64,000 bases of DNA from NCBI GenBank assembly GCA_963977015.1, contig CAXBMO010000016.1:87045-151044 (forward strand), read 5' to 3'. The translations under genes and the position numbers were made by a program. The stretch's first letter is position 1. Every line of letters begins with the position of its first letter. This document shows positions 49,265 through 59,393 of this stretch, in pieces. The notes below the pieces were generated by a model. It was not told the DNA's origin. It worked only from the letters and a program-made list of their open reading frames with translations, and searched no databases. This DNA is from an uncultured bacterium. GTDB lineage: Bacteria > Verrucomicrobiota > Verrucomicrobiia > Verrucomicrobiales > DEV007.

Positions 49265-50515
49265 CTACCAGACGTCTCCCTTTGCCGCCACCTCGACGAA
49301 TGCCTCGATCTCCCGGGACAAGGCTTCCGATTCGGCTAAGCCGGTTTTGAGGTGCTCGGGAAAGTCGTCACTCGCAGCTCCAACCATCAATCCCAACACC
49401 GCGTTGCGATGGACGTTGTCGCCCCCGGCATTGGTGTTTCCGAGGAGCGCTGCTTCCGGATCAAACTCATGATGCGCCGCAAAATACAGCGCCAATGGAA
49501 GGCCGTGCTCCGGATAACAGACCGTTCCGAGTTGTTCGAGCACGACTTCCTCCGGCGCCTGTTTCGCGAATTCGCGGAGGTCGAACGACGAGTCGGAAAG
49601 TTGAACGTGAAGCTCCCACATTTTCCGATGCGGAATATTTCCGGGGCCTTTGTGCTCGCGATACATCGCGAACATTTCCTTGCCGGTGATCTTGGGAACG
49701 CGCAGCGATGCGGATCGAGCCAAAGCTGCTTCCAACGCGTCTTCGCCGGAAATCAGATCCTGCAGCAGTGGCACGGCAACGCCGAGAGCGGCGGCAACGT
49801 TCTCAGAACGGTGGGTCAGGTTCTGATGCTCGATCGCAAAACCGAGCGCCTGATACTCGGTCTCCGCGAGGAGGGACAAGACCATGGGACGGATCATTCC
49901 GCCGTGGGAACCGATCGACCAGACGTTCCGTTGCCGCTCCGCCGCGTTGTGAACCGGACAACCGCGGGAATAGTTCTCGAACCAGCTTCGGAGATAGATT
50001 TCCTGATAGGGATCCCTGAGGTTCCCGGGCGTGGTCATGAAGGCGACAAATTCCCGGAGGAAGGCATCCTCATCATAACGCCCTTCCTGGGCCACCGAAC
50101 GCATCAGCACGCGCGCCAACTGGGCTCCCGTGGTGTTCTCGCCCGCGCCAAGTCCATGATGGTAGTGATAGCGATCCTCCAGCTTCGGCGTCGAATTCCC
50201 GTGCTCGGACTCGCGTTCGCCGGTTTCAATCCCCAAGTTGGAGAAGGACGTGTCATAGAACCGAATGTGCTCGTGAAGCGTGTTGTAGGGACGACCGAGC
50301 CGTTTCGCGGATTCGACATCGGGGTGATAGCCCATGCCGACCATGAAGCTTTCCGGATGCGGATGCGGCGCCGCTTCGTACCGGGTGACTCCGCTGGCAA
50401 AGGTCTCGCGGAGATTGTCGAGACTGTAAAACCAATGGGCCGGCATGGCGAGGGCATCGCCGGCAAAGAGGCCCCAGAGGGCGTTTCGGATTCGGTTCTT
50501 GCGTTCGGTCTTCAT
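49265..50515 (-). CDS. ADP-ribosylglycohydrolase family protein
   Basis: GDALAMPAHW, LTH, NTNAGGDNVHR..VLG..VGA. Confidence 0.85.
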   Translation of the reverse strand: MKTERKNRIRNALWGLFAGDALAMPAHWFYSLDNLRETFASGVTRYEAAPHPHPESFMVGMGYHPDVESAKRLGRPYNTLHEHIRFYDTSFSNLGIETGERESEHGNSTPKLEDRYHYHHGLGAGENTTGAQLARVLMRSVAQEGRYDEDAFLREFVAFMTTPGNLRDPYQEIYLRSWFENYSRGCPVHNAAERQRNVWSIGSHGGMIRPMVLSLLAETEYQALGFAIEHQNLTHRSENVAAALGVAVPLLQDLISGEDALEAALARSASLRVPKITGKEMFAMYREHKGPGNIPHRKMWELHVQLSDSSFDLREFAKQAPEEVVLEQLGTVCYPEHGLPLALYFAAHHEFDPEAALLGNTNAGGDNVHRNAVLGLMVGAASDDFPEHLKTGLAESEALSREIEAFVEVAAKGDVW

Positions 50516-50563
50516 GGCGCCAAGACGGTCGTTCTCGGTCCAACCTCCTTACAAGTTGGCCTG

Positions 50564-51145
50564 CTACTTCGTCGCAGTCAGCCAGGCCGGATCATAGGTC
50601 GATCCGGCGGAAACCTGGATCATCGAAACCCGAATCGTGGTGGGGAAGAATTTTTCATGATCCTGGCGTTTGTGGGCATGCCCCTTTCCGCCGCTCGAGT
50701 CTTTGATCACCAAGGCCATTTTCTTGATGCCTTCGGTCCAGATGATGGAGTCATGATTCCAAAACCCGGTCATGGAGACGTCCTTTTCGTAAACGCCTTC
50801 CTGGGTGTAGGCGGGCGTGTTGGTGCAACCATAGCCATTTTTCTGACCCTGGTTCGGAATGTAGCAGAGGCTCCAGGTGGTCGCCTCATCCCCGGCGGGC
50901 TTCTCCAGAACCTCAATCCGAACGTGGACACTCCCGTTTCGGTAATCGATCGGAGCGGTCCAGTCTTTGGGTGTGCCTTCGCCAAATTGATCGGGCATCA
51001 CGTAGAGATGAGACTTGGTCGGAACCGCTTCTTCGTGCGTGAACGTGAAGGTTTGGTCGAAGAGAACGAATTGCTCGGCGGTCGCGATTCCGGCGTGGAA
51101 AACCAGGTTGGCGAGGATGGATAGGAAAAGGACGGATCGTTTCAT
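50564..51145 (-). CDS. Secreted hypothetical protein
   Basis: Signal peptide followed by a beta-rich body. Confidence 0.7.
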   Translation of the reverse strand: MKRSVLFLSILANLVFHAGIATAEQFVLFDQTFTFTHEEAVPTKSHLYVMPDQFGEGTPKDWTAPIDYRNGSVHVRIEVLEKPAGDEATTWSLCYIPNQGQKNGYGCTNTPAYTQEGVYEKDVSMTGFWNHDSIIWTEGIKKMALVIKDSSGGKGHAHKRQDHEKFFPTTIRVSMIQVSAGSTYDPAWLTATK

Positions 51146-51193
51146 GTTCGAAGCCTCGTGCACCGCGAAGCATCCATCCACCAGATCTTTCAC

Positions 51194-52387
51194 TTACGGT
51201 TCGGCAGCGGAAAAGGCCGGAAACCCCTCGGCAAACACCATGCAGGTTACGCCGGCGGGCCCAGGGAGCGTCGTGCTCTCCCAGCTTTTCCCGCCATCGG
51301 TCGAAATCTTGAGGTCTTCGGTGTATTTCCAATAGGTTTCGAAGGAGTAATAGAGATCGGGACGGAGCGTGGCGAGCGTTCCGGGAAAGGTCTCGCCTTT
51401 GACTTCCTTCCATTCCCGCCCGTCGGCGGATTCCCAGGCCTCGGATCCCCGGGTATTGAGAATGAAGCGTTCGCCATCGTGAACCAGGCTGTTGAACTTG
51501 GTGTTGTCGCCAATCTCCGGCGTGACTTCGGTCCACTCCACCCCGTCGGAGGAATGATGCAGCGTCCGGTCTCCGCGAACGACGAAGCCGTTCGTGTCAG
51601 CTTCGATGAACAAGCGGGATTGGGGTTGCAGACGCTCGGCAAAGGTCCAGTTCTCGAAGTCCCTGGTTGAAACGATGATGCAGTTGTCGCCGGCCCCGAC
51701 AAAGATCCCATTGGCATGGCGCCACCGCCGCACGTTCGACTTGATCTTCTCGTCGAGGCCGAGTTTCTCGGCTTCCTGGGTTTGGAATTCGCGCACGTTG
51801 GCGTCGCCGATGATCTCCCATTCCCGGCCATCCTTCGATGCCCCGACTCTGCCGCCTTCGCCGAAAGCGTGGAACTGGTCGTTCACGAAAATGACGCCTG
51901 ACAACACTCCCATGTTGAACGGGTTTTTCTCCCAATTCACCCCGTCGGAGGTCGTAAAAATGTTCGAACGCGAAAAACCACCGACCACGACACAGACGCC
52001 GTTCCCGACCGCGATCGCCTTGAGATCGTTCTGATCGTGGGCCGGTTTGTCGAAGAACTCGTGATTCGTCCAGGTGAGACCGTCGAGCGATGACATGCGG
52101 TGCCCGCCATTCCCCGCCGCGATGTAGATCCCCTCGCCGGAACCGCCGGAAGCCGCCGCCTGTTTCGCGAGCCAATCCTGATCGGCCCGGCTCAAACTCG
52201 CGATGGGGATGTCATAATTCCGGCCATTGGAAATCCGGCGAATTTTGACGACACCGTCGGCCTGACTCACAAACTCAGCTTCCAGCGCGACACCTTTGTC
52301 GTTCGTCCAGGTTCGAACTTCCGCGAAGCCGTTCACTGCAATCGTCAGCGCAACAACAACCGTTGGGAACAGGGGATTTTTGATCAT
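51194..52387 (-). CDS. SHD1 domain + BNR-like beta-propeller protein
   Basis: RTWTNDKG..LEAEF...IPIASLSRADQ (SHD1); repeated S.DG..W. Confidence 0.8.
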   Translation of the reverse strand: MIKNPLFPTVVVALTIAVNGFAEVRTWTNDKGVALEAEFVSQADGVVKIRRISNGRNYDIPIASLSRADQDWLAKQAAASGGSGEGIYIAAGNGGHRMSSLDGLTWTNHEFFDKPAHDQNDLKAIAVGNGVCVVVGGFSRSNIFTTSDGVNWEKNPFNMGVLSGVIFVNDQFHAFGEGGRVGASKDGREWEIIGDANVREFQTQEAEKLGLDEKIKSNVRRWRHANGIFVGAGDNCIIVSTRDFENWTFAERLQPQSRLFIEADTNGFVVRGDRTLHHSSDGVEWTEVTPEIGDNTKFNSLVHDGERFILNTRGSEAWESADGREWKEVKGETFPGTLATLRPDLYYSFETYWKYTEDLKISTDGGKSWESTTLPGPAGVTCMVFAEGFPAFSAAEP

Positions 52388-52392
52388 GGAAT

Positions 52393-55300
52393 TCAAGATT
52401 CTGGCAATTGATGGATGGAACTGTGAATGACGCGTTTTTCGCCATTGCTCAAGTTGCAAACAATCTCCATGCCCCAGGTCGGCTGCAACTTCGGAATGGT
52501 CAAAACCACCTGATTACCTTTCGTCGCGACGTCCGTCACTTCCAGAGCGCGCTCGTTGTAGTGCTTGGAGCCGTAGTTTGCGGTGCGGCGGAGATCCCAC
52601 ACTTTCACGGCGAACTCGCCACCCTCCGGCACAGGATCACTGAACGTAATGGTGTATCGCCCGTTGCCAGCCTCGAGCCTGGTCGGCATGAACGCCGGTT
52701 TGCCCGTCGCCCGAATCCGGAAAAAGCCGCCGTCCTCCCGCTGCGACCCGGCCCAGGCAAACATCCCTGCGACATAGAGTTGGTTGTTCTCCGGATGAAA
52801 GCGTCCGCGATGCAGCCCGGTCGGCAGATTCTCGATGGGAAAGGCACACATTCCACCCTGGGCCTGACCATTTGGCAAAACCTCATGCGGCACCGTGTAA
52901 ACCTGGCCATAGCCATAGCTGAGGTTCAAAAGCACGCCATCCAGATTGCCCCAACCCGTTTCCTGCGGAACCCAAAGCAACTCAGCCGGGGAACGATCAA
53001 AGGCGTTCGTGATCCAACACAGCGGTTGCTCCATCGCGTCATCGGATTCGTCGGTGACGTCATGATAGCCGAACATGTTGCCGTAGAAGCCACCCTCACG
53101 GACGTAGTTGATGCGGTTCTTCGGATTCCAATGCCCTTCCTGGTCCGTCACAATCCAGGTTCCGTCCGGATTCAGGCAGACTCCGTTGGCAGCGCGAAAC
53201 CCTGACGCGACGATATCCGTTTTCCTTCCATCCGGGCTCACTCGCAGAAGTGTCCCGTGATGAGGAACGACCGCGGTCTTGGCGTGGCGGGCGGACTTCG
53301 CATAATAGAAGTTTCCCGCCTCATCGGTCTGCAATCCCATGGCGAATTCGTGAAAGTGCTCCGTGACCTGATGGTCGTTGTTGAAGCATTCCACGTGGTC
53401 AATTTCCAGATCCCCATTCAGGTCGTGTAATCGCGCAATTTGATCACGGCACGTCACGTAAATCGTTTCATCAACAATCTTGAGGCCCAGCGGCTGAAAC
53501 AAACCCGAGCAGATCCGCCGCCATTTCAGGGATTTCAGGTCTCCGGCGAGACCATCGACCAACCACACATCACCGAGCCAGGTGCACACGGCCGCCCGGT
53601 CCGGATTCCCAGCATAGAAGTCAAACCCACCCAGCCGCATCCAGGATTCCCAGGGGTTTTCCGACGCATTCGGAATCGTGATCGTGTCGACCGCAAACGG
53701 GCCGGACTCGTCGCCCAACTCGCCACGGGTTTCGATCACTGTCTTCCCGAACCGAGCTGGACCGCCCTTCGTCAGCGGTTCCAAATCTCGCGCTTCCGAG
53801 GCGAGACTTTGAATCGTGAGTTGGTCGGCTTTCGAAAGCGCGATGGAAATTTGAACCGGACGTTCGCTGGCGGGAAGGCGCAGTTCGATGGCGTCCTCCG
53901 TACGATGAATCGTGGCTTCCGGATATCCGGCGAGCGTAACGTTCAACGTGGGATCGTTCGGCGCCAATCTGGTGACCAGTTGTTGCGGAACGCGGTTCAG
54001 ATTCAGGTGGCGAACGAAAATCGGCGCGGCGCCATATTCGATCACCTCGGGAAGCTCCAGAATCTCCGACTCGCCAACGGTGTAGTTGAGAACGACTTGA
54101 TCGCCGTGATGGTAGAGGCCTCGATATTGAACCCACTCTCTGGGCAAGGGCCCGAAGTGACGCCCGTCCCTACCGACAATCCGTTGGTCATCCCAATGTC
54201 CCGCGGTGGGATGTTGCCAGGCTGGCGCGTCCGGATTCACGAACAGAGGCTCGCCGGCGATTTTGGTGTGGGTGCCATGAGAACCATCAAACGCAATCCC
54301 CCGCCAATCGGAAAACTTCCCCGTATAAGCGGTCGCAACCCGCATCGTATCCTCATCATAGATCATCCAGGCCTTCCCTTTCGAAATGCCCCCCTCCCCT
54401 GCGTCCAGTCGAACGGAAATCCCTTTCTGAGCAATGTTCCAATCCCCTGGCGAAGTCCCCTCGTTGACTTGATAGGTCCACATGAGGGCCTGACCAAAAT
54501 CCATCTTCTCATACTGCTTTCCGCGATCGACCAACCCCGGTTCCATCAGCGAATCAGCCGTTTCCAATTTCCGGGGGAGTTCCTCCAGGTAGGTTTCGGT
54601 AACGGCGAAGTATTGCCGGGGATTGTGCGGCTTGAGAAACGCCTCCCGGAGATACTGAATCACGGCGTATTTTTGCGCGGCGGTGTATTGCGGCTGCGGA
54701 ACCATCATCCCAAACCCCTTGGAGAGCGTTTGGTAGAGGCGATAGGGATCCGAACCGTTCTTGAATTCGCCTTCGTGGAACTTCAGCGCAGTGGGCAGAC
54801 TTCCCTCCTTCTCCGGGGTGCCGTGGCAGGTGACACACAACGTTTGGTAAATAGCCTTCCCTTGCGCCATCGATTCTTCATTCCAATTCGCCATCAGGTT
54901 CGCATGATCGGCGATCTCCAAGGGTTGCACCCAGGCTTCGTTGACTTGAAACGCGGTCGCGTCGGCCGCGATCGCAATCCGGGTTGGGATTCCCGGGAAA
55001 CCCAAGCCGGAAAAGGTTTCCACCGGAGGGCTGGACGACCAATTGAGGTCGGGCGTGTTCACTTCCTCCAACTTTCCCGCCAACAAGGCCGCGCGTTCCG
55101 CACCGGCGATGGCGCGCGACCAATAGCGAACATTGCCGATCGTTCCACCCGTGAAATCCCCTCCAAAATTCGGTGCGGCCGAGCCGATTTTGAAAACATG
55201 CCCTTCCACATCGTCAGCTCGAAACGGCTTCTTCTTCGCGACCGATTTGCCGTCCACGAAGATCTCCGCCCCGCCATCTTCCACCACGAGGACAACCCGG

Positions 55301-55938
55301 TGAAGTTTCCCATCGTTGACTTTTGGTCCGCCGCGAACCGCCCCCAACCAACCAATGTCATAGACCAAATGGCCGCCCCGAATGAAGAGCGCCTTGGCCT
55401 TGGGCGACCATTTGCCTTCGGGAGCGCACCTGGAAAAAAGGGTTCCGTTCCCGGTGGTTTGGAACGTGGCCGCGACCGTGTAATCGCGATCGCAACGAAT
55501 TCGATCATCCGTCGTTTGAAAATTCGCCCCGGCAATCGATTGAGGAATCTCGTGACCCTGCAACTGCGCCGCGCCATCCAATCGGGAACTGACAAAGGCA
55601 CTTTTGCCTTCGAGATGCTCATAGGTCAGTTCGACGACGTGCGATCCTTTCGGTAAATCGAGGCTCAGATGTTCATGGAGCTTCGCTTTCGTGGCTACCG
55701 AAGCTTCATAAGCCAAATGGAGCCGGAAATTGGCCAACTCGGCGGACGTGAGCTTGTCCCCAAAAACCGGGAACCGCGTCTGCTCAACCTCGATTGACGG
55801 AGGGAACAGCGTTTGGCCATAACCGGTTCCCCACGAGACGAAGAGAGCGACAAGGATCCGGAACAGGCAGCTCGCAGGTGATCGGGAAATCCGATCCCAT
55901 GGGGATCCCTGCGCTTCTCGAGGGGTTGAAGCGGTCAT
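52393..55938 (-). CDS. Large secreted LamG + cytochrome c + DUF6797-like + beta-propeller protein
   Basis: LamG-like NDGKLHRV, CVTCH heme site, GLFQPLGL, GFRAANG, TDQEGHW. Confidence 0.8.
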   Translation of the reverse strand: MTASTPREAQGSPWDRISRSPASCLFRILVALFVSWGTGYGQTLFPPSIEVEQTRFPVFGDKLTSAELANFRLHLAYEASVATKAKLHEHLSLDLPKGSHVVELTYEHLEGKSAFVSSRLDGAAQLQGHEIPQSIAGANFQTTDDRIRCDRDYTVAATFQTTGNGTLFSRCAPEGKWSPKAKALFIRGGHLVYDIGWLGAVRGGPKVNDGKLHRVVLVVEDGGAEIFVDGKSVAKKKPFRADDVEGHVFKIGSAAPNFGGDFTGGTIGNVRYWSRAIAGAERAALLAGKLEEVNTPDLNWSSSPPVETFSGLGFPGIPTRIAIAADATAFQVNEAWVQPLEIADHANLMANWNEESMAQGKAIYQTLCVTCHGTPEKEGSLPTALKFHEGEFKNGSDPYRLYQTLSKGFGMMVPQPQYTAAQKYAVIQYLREAFLKPHNPRQYFAVTETYLEELPRKLETADSLMEPGLVDRGKQYEKMDFGQALMWTYQVNEGTSPGDWNIAQKGISVRLDAGEGGISKGKAWMIYDEDTMRVATAYTGKFSDWRGIAFDGSHGTHTKIAGEPLFVNPDAPAWQHPTAGHWDDQRIVGRDGRHFGPLPREWVQYRGLYHHGDQVVLNYTVGESEILELPEVIEYGAAPIFVRHLNLNRVPQQLVTRLAPNDPTLNVTLAGYPEATIHRTEDAIELRLPASERPVQISIALSKADQLTIQSLASEARDLEPLTKGGPARFGKTVIETRGELGDESGPFAVDTITIPNASENPWESWMRLGGFDFYAGNPDRAAVCTWLGDVWLVDGLAGDLKSLKWRRICSGLFQPLGLKIVDETIYVTCRDQIARLHDLNGDLEIDHVECFNNDHQVTEHFHEFAMGLQTDEAGNFYYAKSARHAKTAVVPHHGTLLRVSPDGRKTDIVASGFRAANGVCLNPDGTWIVTDQEGHWNPKNRINYVREGGFYGNMFGYHDVTDESDDAMEQPLCWITNAFDRSPAELLWVPQETGWGNLDGVLLNLSYGYGQVYTVPHEVLPNGQAQGGMCAFPIENLPTGLHRGRFHPENNQLYVAGMFAWAGSQREDGGFFRIRATGKPAFMPTRLEAGNGRYTITFSDPVPEGGEFAVKVWDLRRTANYGSKHYNERALEVTDVATKGNQVVLTIPKLQPTWGMEIVCNLSNGEKRVIHSSIHQLPES

Positions 55939-56010
55939 AGGGACCAGATTCTGAGCGTCCCCGCCTGAGATACAAGCCCAGACTCCTAAAAATCGTTCAG
56001 AGTCAGCCGG

Positions 56011-56751
56011 TCAGGCTGGAACTCCGATGTCTTCTGACGTCGCCACCAATCCACGGCCACGATCGCGGCTTGCTCTGGATTCCTCCTTGCGCTGCTCAAT
56101 CAGGTCGGAGCAGGTTCTGCTGATGTCGATGAAGGGATGACGGCCCTTCTCAGCAAGATAAGCCAGATTCTTCAACAACAGCCGAAGGTACTTGGTGAGG
56201 TCTGATTTGACCGGGACGAGCCGCGGCGTTTCGGAATTCTGCGTTGCCATCTCTTCCGCTTCCCGTTTCGCGATTTCAAGATAGGCATCGGCCTGAATGA
56301 GCTCCTCCGCGTTCGCCGTCAGTTGCAGGACCTGGAGCGCTCCAATTCTGGAATCACGATCCGGTCCCTGAATTTCCTGGATAAAGTCGCCGATCGAAAT
56401 TTCGGAAGCCTCCGAGCCGATCCACTCTCTCAGGAATTGAAACGCCTGCCGCTCCTCGGCTGAGGTGCCGTCGTGATTGGTTCGAATCTTGGTCCGGATC
56501 TCATCCCAAACCTGATCCCTGCGCTCGCCCAGCATCTGCACTTCATCAATCTGGTTGGCCTTCACGTTCTTCCCCAGCGCGCGGCCGAGATCGAGAACCG
56601 TGAAACGCAGATCATCGAGCAATTCGCCCAGAAAAAAGTCCTCATCGGGCAAATTCGGAATCAGAAAATCGACAATTTCGTTCCCGAGATCGAGGAGCTG
56701 GCCATTCGTGAAATCACGAGCGTTAAAGGAAGTGATGATTTTTTCAGCCAT
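56011..56751 (-). CDS. Helical hypothetical protein (possibly DUF6261-like)
   Basis: All-alpha pattern with ERRDQ motif; family assignment tentative. Confidence 0.55.
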   Translation of the reverse strand: MAEKIITSFNARDFTNGQLLDLGNEIVDFLIPNLPDEDFFLGELLDDLRFTVLDLGRALGKNVKANQIDEVQMLGERRDQVWDEIRTKIRTNHDGTSAEERQAFQFLREWIGSEASEISIGDFIQEIQGPDRDSRIGALQVLQLTANAEELIQADAYLEIAKREAEEMATQNSETPRLVPVKSDLTKYLRLLLKNLAYLAEKGRHPFIDISRTCSDLIEQRKEESRASRDRGRGLVATSEDIGVPA

Positions 56752-56897
56752 GGACCATCTATGACCAAACGCATTTAATAAAGCAAGCTTAATTATCTCA
56801 AACGCTTAATCACGAGAGCCGGGTTCGAATTCGCCAATGAATCGAGTCTCCAACTTTCCGGTTGCGAGTCTCGGTTAGAGTATTACTTTCAGACCCG

Positions 56898-56981
56898 ATG
56901 CGCGTTTTCTTGCACAACGCCCCAATTTCTCTCGAGCTCCTCAACAGCCGTTCGCTGTTGCTAGGGTTGGCTGCCCAATAG
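56898..56981 (+). promoter_or_regulatory. Leu-rich leader peptide (putative leuA attenuator)
   Basis: ATG..TAG encodes MRVFLHNAPISLELLNSRSLLLGLAAQ (8 Leu in 27 aa, including CTG-TTG-CTA), ending 103 nt before the leuA ATG. Confidence 0.75.
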
Positions 56982-57084
56982 TTTCCCTGCCACCCTCACG
57001 CCTCCTTTTCTCTCGTCTGCGCCGTTTCATGGCTTGCCGACTCTCTTTCCCTCTCTCTACTTCCCCGTCTTTTTCTCTTTTCGA

Positions 57085-58761
57085 ATGAATCCCGATTCCA
57101 TCAACAAATACCGTCCGTTCCCGCGCGTCGATCTGCCCGACCGCCAATGGCCGGACCAATCCATCACTTCAGCCCCGATCTGGTGCAGTGTGGATCTCCG
57201 CGACGGGAATCAGGCGCTCCCCATTCCCATGAGCGTGGAAGAGAAGCTGGAGATGTTCGATTTGCTGGTCGGAATTGGCTTCAAACAGATTGAGGTTGGC
57301 TTTCCCGCCGCTGCCGACACCGAGTTCAACTTCCTGCGCCGCCTGGTCGAGGATCAGAAGATTCCGGAAGACGTCACGCTCCAGGTTCTGGTGCAGGCGC
57401 GCGAACACCTGATCCGCAAAACGTTTGAAGCGTTGGAAGGCGTTCCCCGCGCGATCGTGCACCTTTACAACTCGACCTCGCCGATGCAGCGACGCATCAC
57501 CTTTGGGAAGACGAAGGACGAAATTCGCGACATTGCGGTCGAGGGAGCCAAGTTGGTTCGCGAGTTGGTCGAGACCGTTCCCGATACCAAGGTCGACTTT
57601 CAGTATTCGCCCGAGAGCTTCTCCGACACGGAGCTGGACTACGCGCTGGAGGTTTGCGAAGCGGTGAAGGCGGTTTGGGAGCCAACTCCCGAACGAAAGA
57701 TCATTCTCAACCTGCCGGCGACGGTGGAATGGGCCACGCCCAATGTCCACGCCGATCAAATCGAGTGGTTCTGTCGCCACATCAGCGATCGCGAGAACGT
57801 CATCATCAGCCTGCACACCCACAACGACCGGGGCACGGGAACCGCCGCGACCGAACTCGGGTTGATGGCGGGCGCCGATCGCGTGGAAGGAACCTTGTTT
57901 GGCAACGGCGAGCGAACCGGGAACCTCGACATTGTGATCGTGGCGCTGAATATGAACAGCCACGGCATCGAAACGGGACTGGATTTCTCCAATTTGGGGG
58001 AAGTTCGCCAGGTTTACGAGCGCGTGACCCGGCTGAGCGTTCCGGAACGCCAGCCTTATGCCGGAGAGTTGGTTTTCACCGCGTTTTCCGGCAGCCACCA
58101 GGACGCGATCAAGAAAGGAATGGCCCAGCGGGAGCCGGACACGCCCTGGACCGTGCCGTACTTGACGATCGATCCCCAGGACATCGGTCGCAACTATCAC
58201 GCGATCATCCGGATCAATTCGCAAAGCGGCAAGGGCGGCATCGCCTACATTCTCGACACCGAACACGGTCTGGACCTTCCCAAGACGATGCACCCTCAGG
58301 TCGGCCAACGGATCTACACGATGGCGGATCAGCTGGGGCGCGAATTGAGCATCGACGAAGTTCGCGACTTCTTCCGGCGGGAGTTTGTGAACCTGGCGAA
58401 TCCCATGACGCTGCTGGACTACGAGCTCGATCATCACTCCGGCGGTCCCGGCGAAGTGCTTTGCCGGGCCAAAGTCGCGATCAACGGGGAAACCCGCGAC
58501 ATCAGCGGACTGGGCAATGGGCCGATCAACGCCTTTGTCGAGGCGCTCGACAATGACGGACTCAAGGATTTCAAGGTCACCGATTACCGTTCCCATGCCG
58601 TTCGGGGCGGTTCAGACTCGGATTCCGCGGCCTACGTCCAGATCCAGAACGGAGCGAACACCCTGGTTTGGGGATGCGGCATTGATCCATCGATTGAAAT
58701 GGCGGGCCTGAAAGCCCTCGTTTCGGCCGTCAATCTCTCCAAAGCGGACCCAACCGGCTGA
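57085..58761 (+). CDS. leuA: 2-isopropylmalate synthase
   Basis: WCSVDLRDGNQAL, YSPESF, HTHNDRGT, GNGERTGN, FSGSHQDAIKKG, NSQSGKGG. Confidence 0.97.
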   Translation: MNPDSINKYRPFPRVDLPDRQWPDQSITSAPIWCSVDLRDGNQALPIPMSVEEKLEMFDLLVGIGFKQIEVGFPAAADTEFNFLRRLVEDQKIPEDVTLQVLVQAREHLIRKTFEALEGVPRAIVHLYNSTSPMQRRITFGKTKDEIRDIAVEGAKLVRELVETVPDTKVDFQYSPESFSDTELDYALEVCEAVKAVWEPTPERKIILNLPATVEWATPNVHADQIEWFCRHISDRENVIISLHTHNDRGTGTAATELGLMAGADRVEGTLFGNGERTGNLDIVIVALNMNSHGIETGLDFSNLGEVRQVYERVTRLSVPERQPYAGELVFTAFSGSHQDAIKKGMAQREPDTPWTVPYLTIDPQDIGRNYHAIIRINSQSGKGGIAYILDTEHGLDLPKTMHPQVGQRIYTMADQLGRELSIDEVRDFFRREFVNLANPMTLLDYELDHHSGGPGEVLCRAKVAINGETRDISGLGNGPINAFVEALDNDGLKDFKVTDYRSHAVRGGSDSDSAAYVQIQNGANTLVWGCGIDPSIEMAGLKALVSAVNLSKADPTG

Positions 58762-58868
58762 ATTTCGGCAAAACCGGGCTTTGAACCCGGGAAAAGCCGC
58801 ATTTCAGCTTTCCAAGTGCCAATTCTTCGCGGAAGTGACGCTTGCCTTCACGCGAACGGACAAATCAC

Positions 58869-58897
58869 TTGACCGAGTAACAATTTACTCACACAGT
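58869..58897 (+). promoter_or_regulatory. Candidate sigma-70 promoter of rpmB with palindromic spacer
   Basis: TTGACC-17 nt-CACAGT; the spacer contains GAGTAA-caat-TTACTC. Confidence 0.35.
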
Positions 58898-58948
58898 GCC
58901 CGCCCTTTCGAAACCGAAACTATCTCATTTTCTACCCGATAAATCACC

Positions 58949-59212
58949 ATGGCTAAGGTCTGCAGCATCAGAGGTTCACGCGTCACCCGCGGTCGCAAAA
59001 TCCACCGTAGTGGTTTGGCCAAGAAGAAGGGTGGTATCGGACGTCACGTCACGAAGACCGTGAAGCGCTCCTTTTCACCAAATCTCAAGGTGAAGCGAAT
59101 CTGGGTTCCTGAGCTGAACCGATTCGTGAGAGTCAAGCTGACCGCTCGTGCGTTGAAAACGATCGATAAAAACGGTGCTTACGCCACGCTCAAAAAAGCG
59201 GGCATCGTTTGA
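58949..59212 (+). CDS. rpmB: 50S ribosomal protein L28
   Basis: MAKVC..G...RSGLAKKKGGIG...KRSFSPNL...ALKTIDKNG. Confidence 0.96.
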   Translation: MAKVCSIRGSRVTRGRKIHRSGLAKKKGGIGRHVTKTVKRSFSPNLKVKRIWVPELNRFVRVKLTARALKTIDKNGAYATLKKAGIV

Positions 59213-59393
59213 TTGATTCGTTGAGAATCAACCATTTCCAACATTCACCGGAAAGTTTTGTGCTTTTTTTGTTTCAGAACTTCCCAAACCTGCTTTGGGT
59301 GAATTGTGTGGGCGAGGCTAATCATGAGACGCCCTTTCTCACTTTGTGTTTTTAACCCAGACACAAACACCCCTAAAAAAACACATATCTAAG

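Noticed and set aside
49265-50515. ADP-ribosylglycohydrolase as the antitoxin of an ADP-ribosylating toxin
   Set aside because: No ADP-ribosyltransferase-like neighbour, and 21 kb from the TIR gene; no linkage evidence.
49352-51124. 590-aa plus-strand ORF
   Set aside because: Antisense to two well-supported minus-strand genes; no recognisable domain.
53440-55656. 738-aa plus-strand ORF
   Set aside because: Antisense shadow of the 52393-55938 gene, with no motifs; expected from GC-rich codon bias.
56815-56840. GGTTCGAAT resembling a tRNA T-loop
   Set aside because: No cloverleaf, acceptor stem or D-arm can be built around it.
57169-58596. 475-aa minus-strand ORF
   Set aside because: Antisense shadow of leuA.
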